Below, piece by piece: positions 55,267 to 64,000 of a DNA stretch of 64,000 nt. Every line of letters begins with the position of its first letter. The stretch's first letter is position 1. Both the position numbers and the translations under genes were made by a program. The stretch covers positions 72 to 64,071 of the forward strand of contig JBBIJQ010000007.1 of NCBI GenBank assembly GCA_037445915.1, given 5' to 3'. The notes beneath the pieces are model-generated. The model was not told where the DNA came from. It ran no database searches and saw only the letters and a program-made list of their open reading frames with translations. The DNA is from Planctomycetales bacterium. Lineage in GTDB: Bacteria; 4484-113.

Positions 55267-55689
55267 TTACAGATCCTCTACGTCAACTTCATCCTCTGTG
55301 GATTCCACGTTTTCAAAGGTTGCAAGGATGACATCCGCATCTTTGGCAAACTCAACGCCGGCCTCAATGCGCGGCGGGAGCAGGTCTTCGTCGCCTCGGC
55401 GGAAGCTTTCCAAGTATTCCAGCAAATACATTTTCTCGCGCGGAAGCTCGCCGCGCGCGATTTCGTCAAGCGCAACAGAAAGAGGCTTGCGCCCGCTATG
55501 CATCGCCAGCACGTCCGGCTCAATTTCGCCGTGCGTCGTAAGGCCGCGCTTCTGGTTGCCGATAATCTGCTTTGCGCGCAGCGCGGCAAGCATAACTAGC
55601 TCGTATTTGCTCGGGATCACCTGCAAGAGGTTTTCCAGCAGCGGGTGGGCGAGGCTGTCTTTTAAATCGGTTTTGAGTCTTTCGGTCAC
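55267..55689 (-). CDS. rpoZ: DNA-directed RNA polymerase subunit omega (with acidic C-terminal extension)
   Basis: KYELVMLAALRAKQI core. Conserved position between gmk and coaBC. Confidence 0.7.
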   Translation of the reverse strand: MTERLKTDLKDSLAHPLLENLLQVIPSKYELVMLAALRAKQIIGNQKRGLTTHGEIEPDVLAMHSGRKPLSVALDEIARGELPREKMYLLEYLESFRRGDEDLLPPRIEAGVEFAKDADVILATFENVESTEDEVDVEDL

Positions 55690-56303
55690 AATTCCTCCGT
55701 GTTCAAGCTGTCAAGCAGTTTCTCAATATGCTTGCCATAGAACTTGATGCGGTTATTTAGGCTAAGGACAATGCGCTCAACGAGCGCTGCCGTTTCATCG
55801 GCATCCGAGTTTATTATCGCGTAATCAAAGCTTGTTAGCCGCTGAAGCTCCTCGCGCAGGTACTCCTGGCGCGAACTGATGGCTTCCCGTGTCTCAGAGC
55901 CGCGCTGGATAAGCCGCGCGGTCAGGTCCTCAATGGTCGGCGGGAGCAGCGCAACGGTTGTAAACTGCGGGAACTTGGACTTTACGTTTAGGGCTCCGCG
56001 AGTGTCCAGCTCAAAGATAACAATTTTGATTTGGCCGTCAATGCCTTCTAAGATTGACTTTGGCGTGCCGTAATAGTCGTTATAGACTTTTTCCCACTCC
56101 ACGAAAAACTTCTCTTTGATGCGCTTCTCAAACTCTTCTCGGCTGATGAAGTTGTAATGGGTGCCGCAAATCTCGCCTGCGCGCGGTTGGCGCGTCGTGC
56201 AGCTTACGGAAAAGAAGAACTCCGGATGAAGCCCAAGGAGCTTGCGGATTACCGTTGACTTGCCAACGCCGCTGCAGCCCGAAATGATGACGCCGTTAAT
56301 CAT
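55686..56303 (-). CDS. gmk: guanylate kinase
   Basis: P-loop GCSGVGKST, then TTRQPRAGE and YYGT motifs. Confidence 0.9.
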   Translation of the reverse strand: MINGVIISGCSGVGKSTVIRKLLGLHPEFFFSVSCTTRQPRAGEICGTHYNFISREEFEKRIKEKFFVEWEKVYNDYYGTPKSILEGIDGQIKIVIFELDTRGALNVKSKFPQFTTVALLPPTIEDLTARLIQRGSETREAISSRQEYLREELQRLTSFDYAIINSDADETAALVERIVLSLNNRIKFYGKHIEKLLDSLNTEEL

Positions 56304-56317
56304 GTCCCAATGCCGTG

Positions 56318-57193
56318 CTAGGCGGCGTTATTTTCACCTGCTTTAGCCGAAACAAATATCTTGCCGAGCCGCACTTCGGCAAGAAGTAGCATAGCCCTGG
56401 CAAGCTGCGCATACGCAGCCTTTGGGTCACCCATCCTCTCAATGTCGTGCGTATGCATCCTGCATGAAAGCTTGGCGCGGCGTGGAGCGCCCGCAAACTC
56501 AACAAATACGGTGTTCAAACCTTCCAGCGGCGCCTGGTCGCTCCCTACAAGGATAAACTTGCTGCCTACGGAAAATGGGCATGCGCCGAGCTCTATGTTG
56601 TGTTCTACAAACTCCAAGTCTTTAGGCGTAAGTTCCTTGAACTGCTGCGGCACAATTTCCGTGCGGTCCTGCACAAGCTGGGTAGCCGGGTCCTGGAAAA
56701 ACGCATACGTGAGCTTGATGCCCTCAACTGCGTTCAGCGTGCGCGACGTGCGCCCCACAAGGAACCAGAAAAGGGCGTCAAACGCCTGCTCCAGCGCTGG
56801 AAAGCCTAGCCCAGCGAGGTAATGGCCGTAGAAGTCCTTTTTCTCCAGCTTCGCCGGATAGCTGTCCAAGCCAGCGTCGCGCATAATCGCGCGGTAAACG
56901 CGCACCATCGCCACTTCCTGTGGCAGTATTACATACCTCGCGAGCTGGTTTTCCGCCAAGCAGATTATCTCTTCGCTGTGCGTAACGGCAGCGTCAACCC
57001 CTTCTAGGTTGCGCACGATAGGATAAGGCGCGTAGTAGAGGTTGTCCTGGCGCGCAGACTTCGCCGCCAATAGGACGCGGCGCATGAAGTCCTCCAGGTT
57101 GAGACCGGCCCAGTCAACCCTCAGGCCGGGCAGTAGGAGCCCAAGATTCGTGTTATAAGCCTTCATAAGGCGAACCCTGATTATACCGCACAC
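56318..57193 (-). CDS. hypothetical protein in the yicC/yloC position upstream of gmk, but not recognisably YicC
   Basis: 291 aa with no YicC_N/DUF1732 motifs that I can recognise. Co-directional and nearly abutting gmk. Confidence 0.35.
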   Translation of the reverse strand: MCGIIRVRLMKAYNTNLGLLLPGLRVDWAGLNLEDFMRRVLLAAKSARQDNLYYAPYPIVRNLEGVDAAVTHSEEIICLAENQLARYVILPQEVAMVRVYRAIMRDAGLDSYPAKLEKKDFYGHYLAGLGFPALEQAFDALFWFLVGRTSRTLNAVEGIKLTYAFFQDPATQLVQDRTEIVPQQFKELTPKDLEFVEHNIELGACPFSVGSKFILVGSDQAPLEGLNTVFVEFAGAPRRAKLSCRMHTHDIERMGDPKAAYAQLARAMLLLAEVRLGKIFVSAKAGENNAA

Positions 57194-57283
57194 CTAAAGC
57201 CCCGTAAAGCCCAAATGCAGCCCCGCAATAAGTGATTCGCACGCTTTCCGAAGGCGTTTTTGTTTCCGCAGAGGCTTCTGAAG

Positions 57284-57292
57284 TGCTAAAAT
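57284..57292 (+). promoter_or_regulatory. extended -10 promoter TGCTAAAAT upstream of gyrA
   Basis: TGnTAAAAT seen ~58 nt before the gyrA ATG, followed by a ttaggc-taaa-gcctaa hairpin. Confidence 0.4.
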
Positions 57293-57349
57293 AGCTGGTT
57301 TAGGCTAAAGCCTAAATTTTAGCTGATTGCACCTATTACGGACCAAACG

Positions 57350-59818
57350 ATGACCCGAACCGAGAAGATTGAGTTTGACGAGAAAATCGTCCCCCGCGAA
57401 ATCGTGGAGGAGATGGAACAGAGCTACCTTGATTACGCAATGAGCGTAATCGTAGGACGCTCCATCCCCGACGTCGCCGACGGAATGAAGGTCATCCACC
57501 GCCGTATTATCTACGCAATGGCTGACGGCGGCTACACATCCGATAAGCCGACCAACAAGAGCGCGCGCATCGTAGGCGAGGTAATGGGCAAATACCACCC
57601 CCACGGCGACGCTTCAATCTACGACGCGCTGGTCCGCTTGGCGCAGCCGTGGAGCCTGCGCTACCCGCTGGTTGAAGGCCAGGGCAACTTCGGCTCCAAC
57701 GACGGTGACGCTGCCGCGGCAATGCGCTACACCGAAGTCCGACTTAAGCCGCTCGCGGAATACCTCGTCCGCGACATCAAGAAGGAAACGGTGGACTTTA
57801 TCCCGACCTTTGACGCTAAGTCCAAGGAGCCGGTGCTTCTGCCGTCGGGCCTGCCGCTGTTGCTGATGAACGGGACCGAGGGCATCGCGGTAGGAATGGC
57901 GACGCGCGTCCCCCCGCATAACCTAACCGAGCTGGTCGGCGCAATCAAGCATCTCATCGTCAGCCCTGATGCCACTCCCGACGACTTGATGGAGTTTGTC
58001 AAAGGCCCCGACTTCCCGGCTGGTGGCTTTATTCTCGGCTCGCAGGGAATTAAAGACGCTTATCGCACTGGGCGCGGGAGCATCGTCCTGCGCGGGCGTG
58101 CCGAGGTTGAGCAGGACAAGCGCGACCGTTTCCGTATCGTCATCACCGAAGTCCCCTACCAGGTCAATAAGGCGATGCTTGTGGAGCGCATAGCGGAGCT
58201 TGCCAACGCGAAGAAACTACAAGGCATAACCGATATCCGCGATGAATCCGACCGCACCGGCTCGCGCATCGTCATTGAAATAAAGCGAGACGCCAACCCG
58301 CAGGTTATCCTCAACAACCTCTACAAGTCAACGCCGCTGCAAGTCAGCTTTGGGATAATCATGCTCTCCATCCGCAGGGGTGCGCCGCGCGTAATGGACC
58401 TGCGCCGCATCCTCGCCGAGTTCGTTGAGCACCGCCGCGTCGTCGTCACGAAGCGGACGCGTTTTGACCTTAAGATGGCTGAAGAGCGCGCGCACATCTT
58501 GGAAGGCCTGAAGATTGCGCTTGACAGGCTGGACGAAGTCATCGCCGTTATCCGTGCGAGCAAAGACCGCGAGACCGCGAGCTTCCGCTTGCAAGAGGAA
58601 TTCGGCCTAAGCGAGCTGCAAGCCAAAGCCATCCTTGACATGCGCCTGGCGCAGCTAACCGGCCTGGAGCGCGACAAGGTGCTGGCTGAATTAGCTGAGC
58701 TTCTTGAGAAAATAAAGGAATACAAGGCGATACTCGCCGACCCGAAGAAGATTGACGCGATAATCGTCAGCGAGCTTGACGAGGCGCGCGAGAAATTCGG
58801 CGACGACCGCCGCACTGTCATCCTGGCCGACTCCGAATCAGACATTGACGAAGAAGACCTTATTAAGAACGAGCCCGTAGTCGTGTCTATCACCCAAAAC
58901 GGATACGTCAAGCGCGTGCCGCTGTCCGCTTACCGCGTGCAGGGGCGCGGCGGCAAGGGGCTCATCGGCCAGACGACCAAGGCCGACGACATCGTGAGCA
59001 GCATCCTCACGACCAACACGCTTAACACGATTCTCTGCTTTACCGACCGGGGCAGCGTCCATTCCTTGCGCGTGTACCGCATCCCGTCTTTTGACCGCAC
59101 GGCGAAAGGTACGCCGATAATCAACCTTGTGGGCATTACCGCCGGCGAGCGCGTCACTGCGCTGGTCGCGCTGGAGGACTTCTCGCACCCGTTCCTCTTC
59201 ATGTGCACGCGGCGCGGCATAGTAAAAAAGGTTGAGCTTTCGGCGTTCCAGTCCCTGCGCGTCACCGGCCGCCGCGCCATCGGGCTTGCCGACGACGACA
59301 GCCTTGACTATGTGCGCCCAACGACAGGCCGCGACGAAATCATCCTCTGCACCCGCAAGGGCCTGGCAGTGCGTTTCCTGGAAGAGGAAGTGCGCGCGAT
59401 GGGGACGGCTGCGCAGGGCGTGAAGGGAGTGAAGCTTTCCGGCGACGAGGATGCGGTAATAGGCATGAACCTTATTGAGCCGGGGCGCCAGCTCCTCGTG
59501 GTCAGCGAAAACGGCAGCGGTAAGCGCACTCCGCTTGAGGAGTTCACCCGTACTCACCGTGGCGCGAAGGGCATCATCTGCATGCGCGTTACCGCGAAGA
59601 CCGGGCCTGTCGTCTCCGCGCATTCGGTTGCGGACGACGACGAGTTCATTGTCGTGACGAAGCAGGGAATGCTTATCCGCAGCGAGGTGCGCCAGGTTTC
59701 GCAGCAAGGTCGCCCGACGATGGGCGTGCGCGTGATAAGCCTGCACCCCGAAGACCTTGTCGCGTCGGTGGAAATCATCCGCGCCGAAGACCGCGAAGAA
59801 CCCTTGTTTGACGCGTAG
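57350..59818 (+). CDS. gyrA: DNA gyrase subunit A
   Basis: Catalytic Tyr region AAMRYTE, the QRDR-like segment and the C-terminal beta-pinwheel repeats. gyrB is not adjacent. Confidence 0.95.
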   Translation: MTRTEKIEFDEKIVPREIVEEMEQSYLDYAMSVIVGRSIPDVADGMKVIHRRIIYAMADGGYTSDKPTNKSARIVGEVMGKYHPHGDASIYDALVRLAQPWSLRYPLVEGQGNFGSNDGDAAAAMRYTEVRLKPLAEYLVRDIKKETVDFIPTFDAKSKEPVLLPSGLPLLLMNGTEGIAVGMATRVPPHNLTELVGAIKHLIVSPDATPDDLMEFVKGPDFPAGGFILGSQGIKDAYRTGRGSIVLRGRAEVEQDKRDRFRIVITEVPYQVNKAMLVERIAELANAKKLQGITDIRDESDRTGSRIVIEIKRDANPQVILNNLYKSTPLQVSFGIIMLSIRRGAPRVMDLRRILAEFVEHRRVVVTKRTRFDLKMAEERAHILEGLKIALDRLDEVIAVIRASKDRETASFRLQEEFGLSELQAKAILDMRLAQLTGLERDKVLAELAELLEKIKEYKAILADPKKIDAIIVSELDEAREKFGDDRRTVILADSESDIDEEDLIKNEPVVVSITQNGYVKRVPLSAYRVQGRGGKGLIGQTTKADDIVSSILTTNTLNTILCFTDRGSVHSLRVYRIPSFDRTAKGTPIINLVGITAGERVTALVALEDFSHPFLFMCTRRGIVKKVELSAFQSLRVTGRRAIGLADDDSLDYVRPTTGRDEIILCTRKGLAVRFLEEEVRAMGTAAQGVKGVKLSGDEDAVIGMNLIEPGRQLLVVSENGSGKRTPLEEFTRTHRGAKGIICMRVTAKTGPVVSAHSVADDDEFIVVTKQGMLIRSEVRQVSQQGRPTMGVRVISLHPEDLVASVEIIRAEDREEPLFDA

Positions 59819-59837
59819 ATACTGGAAATAATCAAGG

Positions 59838-60010
59838 CCAGGCTGACCAGCCCGACTCTGGAAATCTCATATTTCCCGTAAGCCACACGTTTTTCCCGTA
59901 GGCCACACTTTAGTGTGGCTCTGGAATCTGAACTCTGTACTGAAGGGCGAGAGCTTGCCCGCCTTCAACGGGTTTACCCCCCGCCATCTGGTTCTGGAAT
60001 CTGGAAGCTC
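59838..60010. repeat. cluster of REP-like repeats (BIME-like), including a REP hairpin with compensatory stem changes
   Basis: aggccaggct-gaccagcccgactctggaa, then partial ttcccgtaagccacacg, then ttcccgtaggccacactttagtgtggctctgg (59894-59925), then gggtttaccccccgcc and ctggaatctggaagctctggatt. Confidence 0.7.
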
Positions 60011-60089
60011 TGGATTGTGGCACATGCGTCTCGCTTGTGCGTATAATGAACAGGCGAGTCGCTTGTTCCACCTTATTCGCTGGAACTAA

Positions 60090-60118
60090 CCCCTAATCCC
60101 TCACCCCTAACCCCTTTC
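60090..60118 (-). repeat. C-rich plus-strand tract, i.e. GGGGTTAGGGGTGAGGGATTAGGGG on the minus strand: telomere-like G-quadruplex motif directly after the stop codon of the cNMP-binding gene
   Basis: cccctaatccctcacccctaacccctttcc. Minus strand reads TAG-gaaaggggttaggggtgagggattagggg. Confidence 0.65.
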
Positions 60119-60589
60119 CTAATCCTCAAGCGCCAAACAAAGCGCCGTCGTGAGCTTCATCACGTCCTTGTTGGTCTTGAGCAATCTCTCCCCCGCGGTA
60201 AGCGCGATGCGCTTGAGTATGGCAAAGCCCATCTTCGGGTCGTCGTCGCAAAGCCGCTCAAAGGTTTTCTGTCCAATTATAAGCAGCCTGCAGCTCGCGC
60301 GCGCGATGACCGACGCGGTGCGCTCCTGTTGCCCGGGCAGCCCCATCTCGCCGAAGAACGGCTTTTCCTTACTCGACATAGTCATGAGCGTCTTGCTGAT
60401 TTCATTGTGCTCCAATTCCGCGAGCATCGTGAGCTTGCGCGAAACCCGCACTTCACCTTCAAGGAAAATGAACATTTCGTCGCCGGTGCGGCCCTCGCAG
60501 ATGATTAGCTCCTGCGCCTCGCATGTTACGAGGCGGCAAACCGCGGCTAATTCGCAAGCTGTCCCAGCGACAAGTCCCGCAAGTGGCAT
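60119..60589 (-). CDS. stand-alone cyclic nucleotide-binding (CAP effector-like) domain protein
   Basis: 156 aa with FGEMGL and RTASVIA phosphate-binding-cassette motifs and no HTH or other output domain. Confidence 0.75.
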   Translation of the reverse strand: MPLAGLVAGTACELAAVCRLVTCEAQELIICEGRTGDEMFIFLEGEVRVSRKLTMLAELEHNEISKTLMTMSSKEKPFFGEMGLPGQQERTASVIARASCRLLIIGQKTFERLCDDDPKMGFAILKRIALTAGERLLKTNKDVMKLTTALCLALED

Positions 60590-60702
60590 GGTTCAGTAAG
60601 AGCCTCCGGTTGTGATGTGGATGTTGTGCCAAGCTCTTGCATAGCCGATTAGCCTGCGGCTATTATAGCAAGGCGGCGCCGTCTGCCGCGCGGAGGTTAA
60701 AC

Positions 60703-61164
60703 ATGAAGATACTCGTGGTCAACGGCCCCAATATGGACCTGCTGGGAGTGCGCGAGCCTGCGGTTTATGGAACCAAGACACTGGCAGAGCTTGAGGACGC
60801 GCTGGAAGAGCATGTCCGCAAGCACCTTCCAGGCGTGACGCTCATCTTCGGGCGCTCCAACTCCGAGGGTGAGATAATCAACCTCCTCAACTCCTCACAC
60901 GACCAGTATGAAGGCTTGGTCATCAATCCCGCAGGTCTTTCCTACAGCGCCTACGCCCTGCGCGACAGCGTTATGACTTTCGCCGGGCCTAAAGTAGAAG
61001 TTCACCTTTCTAACATATTCTCCCGCGAACCTTACCGGCGCAACGACATAATCGCCGAGGTGGTGGACGGCTTTGTTTGCGGGCTGGGCTGGGACGGCTA
61101 CAAACTTGCGATTGAGGCTGTCGCCAGGATGGTTAAGCAGGCTAGGCGGGGTTCCGCTCCTTGA
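60703..61164 (+). CDS. aroQ: 3-dehydroquinate dehydratase, type II
   Basis: MKILVVNGPNMDLLGVREP...HLSNIFSREPYR. GGAGG RBS 7 nt upstream of this ATG. The ORF track starts at 60637. Confidence 0.9.
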   Translation: MKILVVNGPNMDLLGVREPAVYGTKTLAELEDALEEHVRKHLPGVTLIFGRSNSEGEIINLLNSSHDQYEGLVINPAGLSYSAYALRDSVMTFAGPKVEVHLSNIFSREPYRRNDIIAEVVDGFVCGLGWDGYKLAIEAVARMVKQARRGSAP

Positions 61165-61205
61165 CATCAGGGGTTGGAATGTGCTATGAATCTCCTGTCT
61201 TGGGG

Positions 61206-61589
61206 ATGAGATTGGCGCTGGATCCGGGAAGCCACAAGTGTGGCTGGGCGATTGAGTGTCCGCTAACGAACTCGCCCCTTATAGGCATTTCGCACATTGA
61301 AAAGCTGGAATTGTTCCTGCAGGAGGCATCCCGCTTCTTCGCCGCTGGCACGGTTATCATCGGCGGCGGGACTGGTAGTGCGCGCGTGGCCGAAATTGCG
61401 CGCAAGTCGCTGCCTCGCGCTGAAGTAGCCATCATTGATGAGCGCCGAAGCACTGAAGATGCGTTTAAGCTCTACCTGCAAACCCGTGGGGGCGGTGCGC
61501 TGCGCTATATTGCCGCGCTGGTTACAAGGCCCCCGCTGGACGGCTATGCCGCTTGGGTTCTGCTGATGCGGCACCGCCGCCAACTTTAG
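61206..61589 (+). CDS. YqgF/RuvC-like RNase H-fold nuclease (putative pre-16S rRNA nuclease / resolvase-like)
   Basis: MRLALDPGSHKCGWAI (catalytic Asp region) and VIIGGGTGS..ARVAEIARKSLPRAEVAIIDERRSTEDA, matching the YqgF layout. The ORF track starts at TTG 61161. Confidence 0.55.
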   Translation: MRLALDPGSHKCGWAIECPLTNSPLIGISHIEKLELFLQEASRFFAAGTVIIGGGTGSARVAEIARKSLPRAEVAIIDERRSTEDAFKLYLQTRGGGALRYIAALVTRPPLDGYAAWVLLMRHRRQL

Positions 61590-61780
61590 GTTACCCGAAC
61601 GCCGGACTGTCTTGAAAAAAGGAGGTGATAACACTTGGACAAGGCAATATCGGCTGGTAACGGCTATATTGGCTCGCCCGCCAAGGCCTCTGGAGAATGG
61701 AAGAGGTAACTAGGAAACTTGTCCGTTCTCCTTGGTGATGGTGATAGGGCCAAAATTTACAATTCTCCAAGGAGTGCCCA

Positions 61781-63449
61781 ATGCGTAATTTGATTTTCGC
61801 TTTGGCAGCGTTGTTTGTGCTGGCGTTTGGCGTTTCCGCCTCCGCCGCAATGTTTAAGGACGTGCCCACCGACCACTGGGCGTACGAAGCCATTGACTAC
61901 CTGCAGCAGCAGGGCCTCGTTGAGGGCTTCCCCGATGGCGAGTTCAAGGGCAACCGCACCTTCACCCGCTACGAAATGGCGATGGTCGTCGCCCGCATGT
62001 ACTCAAAGCTCGAGGACCTGGCTGGTGGAATGGATTCCGCTTCTGGCCGTCTTGACGAGCTTGAGGCGCAGCTTGACCGCCTAGGCAACGAGTTCAAGGA
62101 CGAACTGGCTGAGATTAACGGCCGCCTGGGCAAGCTTGAGGGCCAGGTCTCCACGAACACTGACGACATCAACAAGTTGAAGGCTTTGATCAAGGACAGT
62201 AACATCAGCGGTTACTACCGCGCCCGCACTGGCGCTTTTGCGAAGACTGGCGCGATTGATTGGAGCAACGACTTCGGCCACGAGCAGGTTCTTGGCCTGC
62301 ACATGGGCTTCCAGCCCGAAGAGCACATCAAGTTCGAGTTCACCCTGACCTCAGCCGAGGCCCAGGGCACCGTTGGAACGGGCTTCGTGCCTGGCCTCAA
62401 CAACGAGACTTTTGCTGTCCGCCCGGGCAACCCGCCCTTCGGCAACCGCTCACAGTCCAGCAGCTTCGTTCTTGATGAGGCGAAGGCCACCATCGGCCTT
62501 ACCCCTTACACCAATGCTCTTGGCGACACGCCGACCCTGACAATTGGCCGCCAGTATTTCAGCGAGGGCGAATTCGGCCTTGCTGGCGACAACGGCTACC
62601 GCTCTGACTTCGGCTACCGCTTTGACACCACCTGGCGTGAGGGCCACTGGGCAGCATACGTAGCTGCGTACCGCGTTGAAGGCGTCTTGGGCTTCAACCC
62701 CTACTTCAACCCGGCTTCCTTGAGCAACGGCTCAAGCCTCGTCAACCTGATTGATAACGACGACATGCTGCTCGCCGGTATCAAGTACTTCGGGCGCGAG
62801 GGCAAGTCATGCCCGCAACCTGGAAGTATTCGTTGACGGCACGCCTAACGGCTACGGTGCTGAGATGTATGTCAATGTTTCTGGTAACGCTGAAATTCCC
62901 TGGTGGGACAATGAGTGGTTCAACGGCATCCGCGCCGAGTGGAACTACACCCCCAATAACGTTACCGACATTAACGCCGACGACTTCGGTCTGGCGAACA
63001 TGTCAACCATCGTTGAGCTTGATGTTTACAACGACGGTCGCACCAAGGTTAGCCTTGCTGGCGCGAGCATCGCCCAGATGGAAGGCCTACCTGTCTACGC
63101 CAACGTGGACAACGACCCGTTTAGTGAGTGGGACTTCACCGTTAACGGCGTCGCTGACGCCTTCAACATGAGCCGCGAGGGCAAGAACTACTTCCCGGCG
63201 GACTTTGAGGGTATCGGCGTCACTGCTGAGCATACCTTCCGTAACAAACTTTACGGCAAGGTCACGTGGTACACCGGCGAGCGCATCAATGCGTTCTTTG
63301 ACAGCCGTCCGGGATTGCTGAAGTTCAACTTCCGCTATCCGTTTGAGAAGCATGCTTCTCTCGGCTTGGATGTCATCACCGCCGGCGAGTACAACGATCT
63401 CGAGGACGCGATTACTCTCGTCCGCGGCGAGTTCCTGCTCCACTTCTAA
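61781..63449 (+). CDS. S-layer homology (SLH) domain protein, interrupted by an apparent +1 frameshift around 62760-62830
   Basis: Signal peptide. SLH motif FKDVPTDHWAYEAIDYLQQQGLVEGFPDGEFKGNRTFTRYEMAMVVARM, then a coiled-coil segment and a beta-rich porin-like domain. Two overlapping track ORFs (61781..62836 and 62751..63449) in different frames; AAGGAG RBS. Confidence 0.6.
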
Positions 63450-63475
63450 GGTTTTTCCAAATCCCCCGCCAAAAA

Positions 63476-63510
63476 GGAGCCCCTGCCTTCGGGTAGGGGC
63501 TCCGGCTTTT
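63476..63510. terminator. bidirectional rho-independent terminator (AAAAA-ggagcccctgcc-TTCG-ggtaggggctcc-ggcTTTT)
   Basis: 12-bp stem (one G-U), UUCG tetraloop, flanking A- and T-tracts, between convergent SLH and yraN genes. Confidence 0.75.
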
Positions 63511-63602
63511 AAGCAAAGTTATCAAGCGAAGTACGTGCGCCATTGCGCGTGAAGTTAGGGTGGTAGCTTAGTTTGTGCAGTCCGTGAAGCGCCCGCGCGC
63601 TC

Positions 63603-63968
63603 CTAGAACGCGCGCTCTATGTGGTTAATGCGCGGCCTTCGCTTCCCGCCTTCAGGAAACACGACCTCTACAATATCAAACTGCACCGGCTTTCCCTCAA
63701 GCCTGTTCTGCCGCAGGTAAAACTGCGCGAGTTGCTGTATCTTCGCAACCTTGCGCGGGTGGACGTTGTCGGCGGGGCGGTGGCCTGCGCTCTCAACAAG
63801 CGCTTTGACTTCGGTAAATACGATACGCCCGGCGCGCTCGCTGACGATGTCAAGCTCGCCGAACGTGCAGCGGTAGTTTACGTGGAGGATTCGGTGGCCC
63901 TTGCGCCTGAGGTGGCGCCTAGCCGCACATTCCCCGCGTTCGCCAAGCTTCAGGGGTTTTTTCGTCAA
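63603..63968 (-). CDS. YraN family (UPF0102) endonuclease-like protein
   Basis: GERGECAARRHLRRKGHRILHVNYRCTFGELDIVSERAGRIVFTEVKA (UPF0102 signature). Confidence 0.8.
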   Translation of the reverse strand: MTKKPLKLGERGECAARRHLRRKGHRILHVNYRCTFGELDIVSERAGRIVFTEVKALVESAGHRPADNVHPRKVAKIQQLAQFYLRQNRLEGKPVQFDIVEVVFPEGGKRRPRINHIERAF

Positions 63969-64000
63969 CCACGGCGATAGGGCTTTGCCTGGTGATGCGG

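Noticed and set aside
57350-59818. gyrA without adjacent gyrB as an anomaly
   Set aside because: Separate gyrA and gyrB loci are common in many bacterial phyla, so this is not informative by itself.
63621-63980. 119-aa plus-strand ORF at the right edge
   Set aside because: It is antisense to the well-supported YraN-family gene (63603..63968) and has no recognisable features.

Overview
This is a GC-rich (~62%) bacterial chromosomal window dominated by core housekeeping genes. A subtilisin-like protease is truncated at the left edge. Recognisable genes include lctP-family permease, tspO, metG, ftsZ (followed by a translationally coupled B12-type radical SAM gene), rsmA, topA, dprA, GT4 and NAD-epimerase genes, purN, a Sir2 deacylase, an MBL hydrolase, ftsK, a class I aldolase, a uvrD/pcrA helicase, tRNA-His with hisS, a galE-like epimerase, ffh, GT2, an M19 dipeptidase, a lytic transglycosylase, alr, priA, a PPIase, coaBC, rpoZ, gmk, gyrA, aroQ, a YqgF-like nuclease and a YraN-family gene. 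The less ordinary parts are: (i) a REP-associated tyrosine transposase (RAYT) flanked by 29-bp inverted REP hairpins, which belongs to a dispersed REP-like repeat family found at three or more loci, two of which adjoin (GGGG-N3)4 G-quadruplex/telomere-like motifs that start immediately after stop codons; (ii) a tRNA-His(GUG) lying directly upstream of hisS that appears to lack an encoded G-1 and has G1-U72/A73; (iii) two tandem ~340-aa prepilin-type (pseudopilin-like) genes with a long structured leader; (iv) several large secreted lipoproteins sharing a Cys-GGGG(G)-DTTTP post-lipobox tag; (v) a PriA homolog with degenerate ATPase motifs. I did not find a convincing multi-gene novel system such as a defence island. 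The items in the findings list are the best candidates for follow-up. Hand-counted coordinates (repeats, promoters, tRNA, alternative starts) should be taken as +/-2 nt; CDS coordinates follow the supplied ORF track unless stated.
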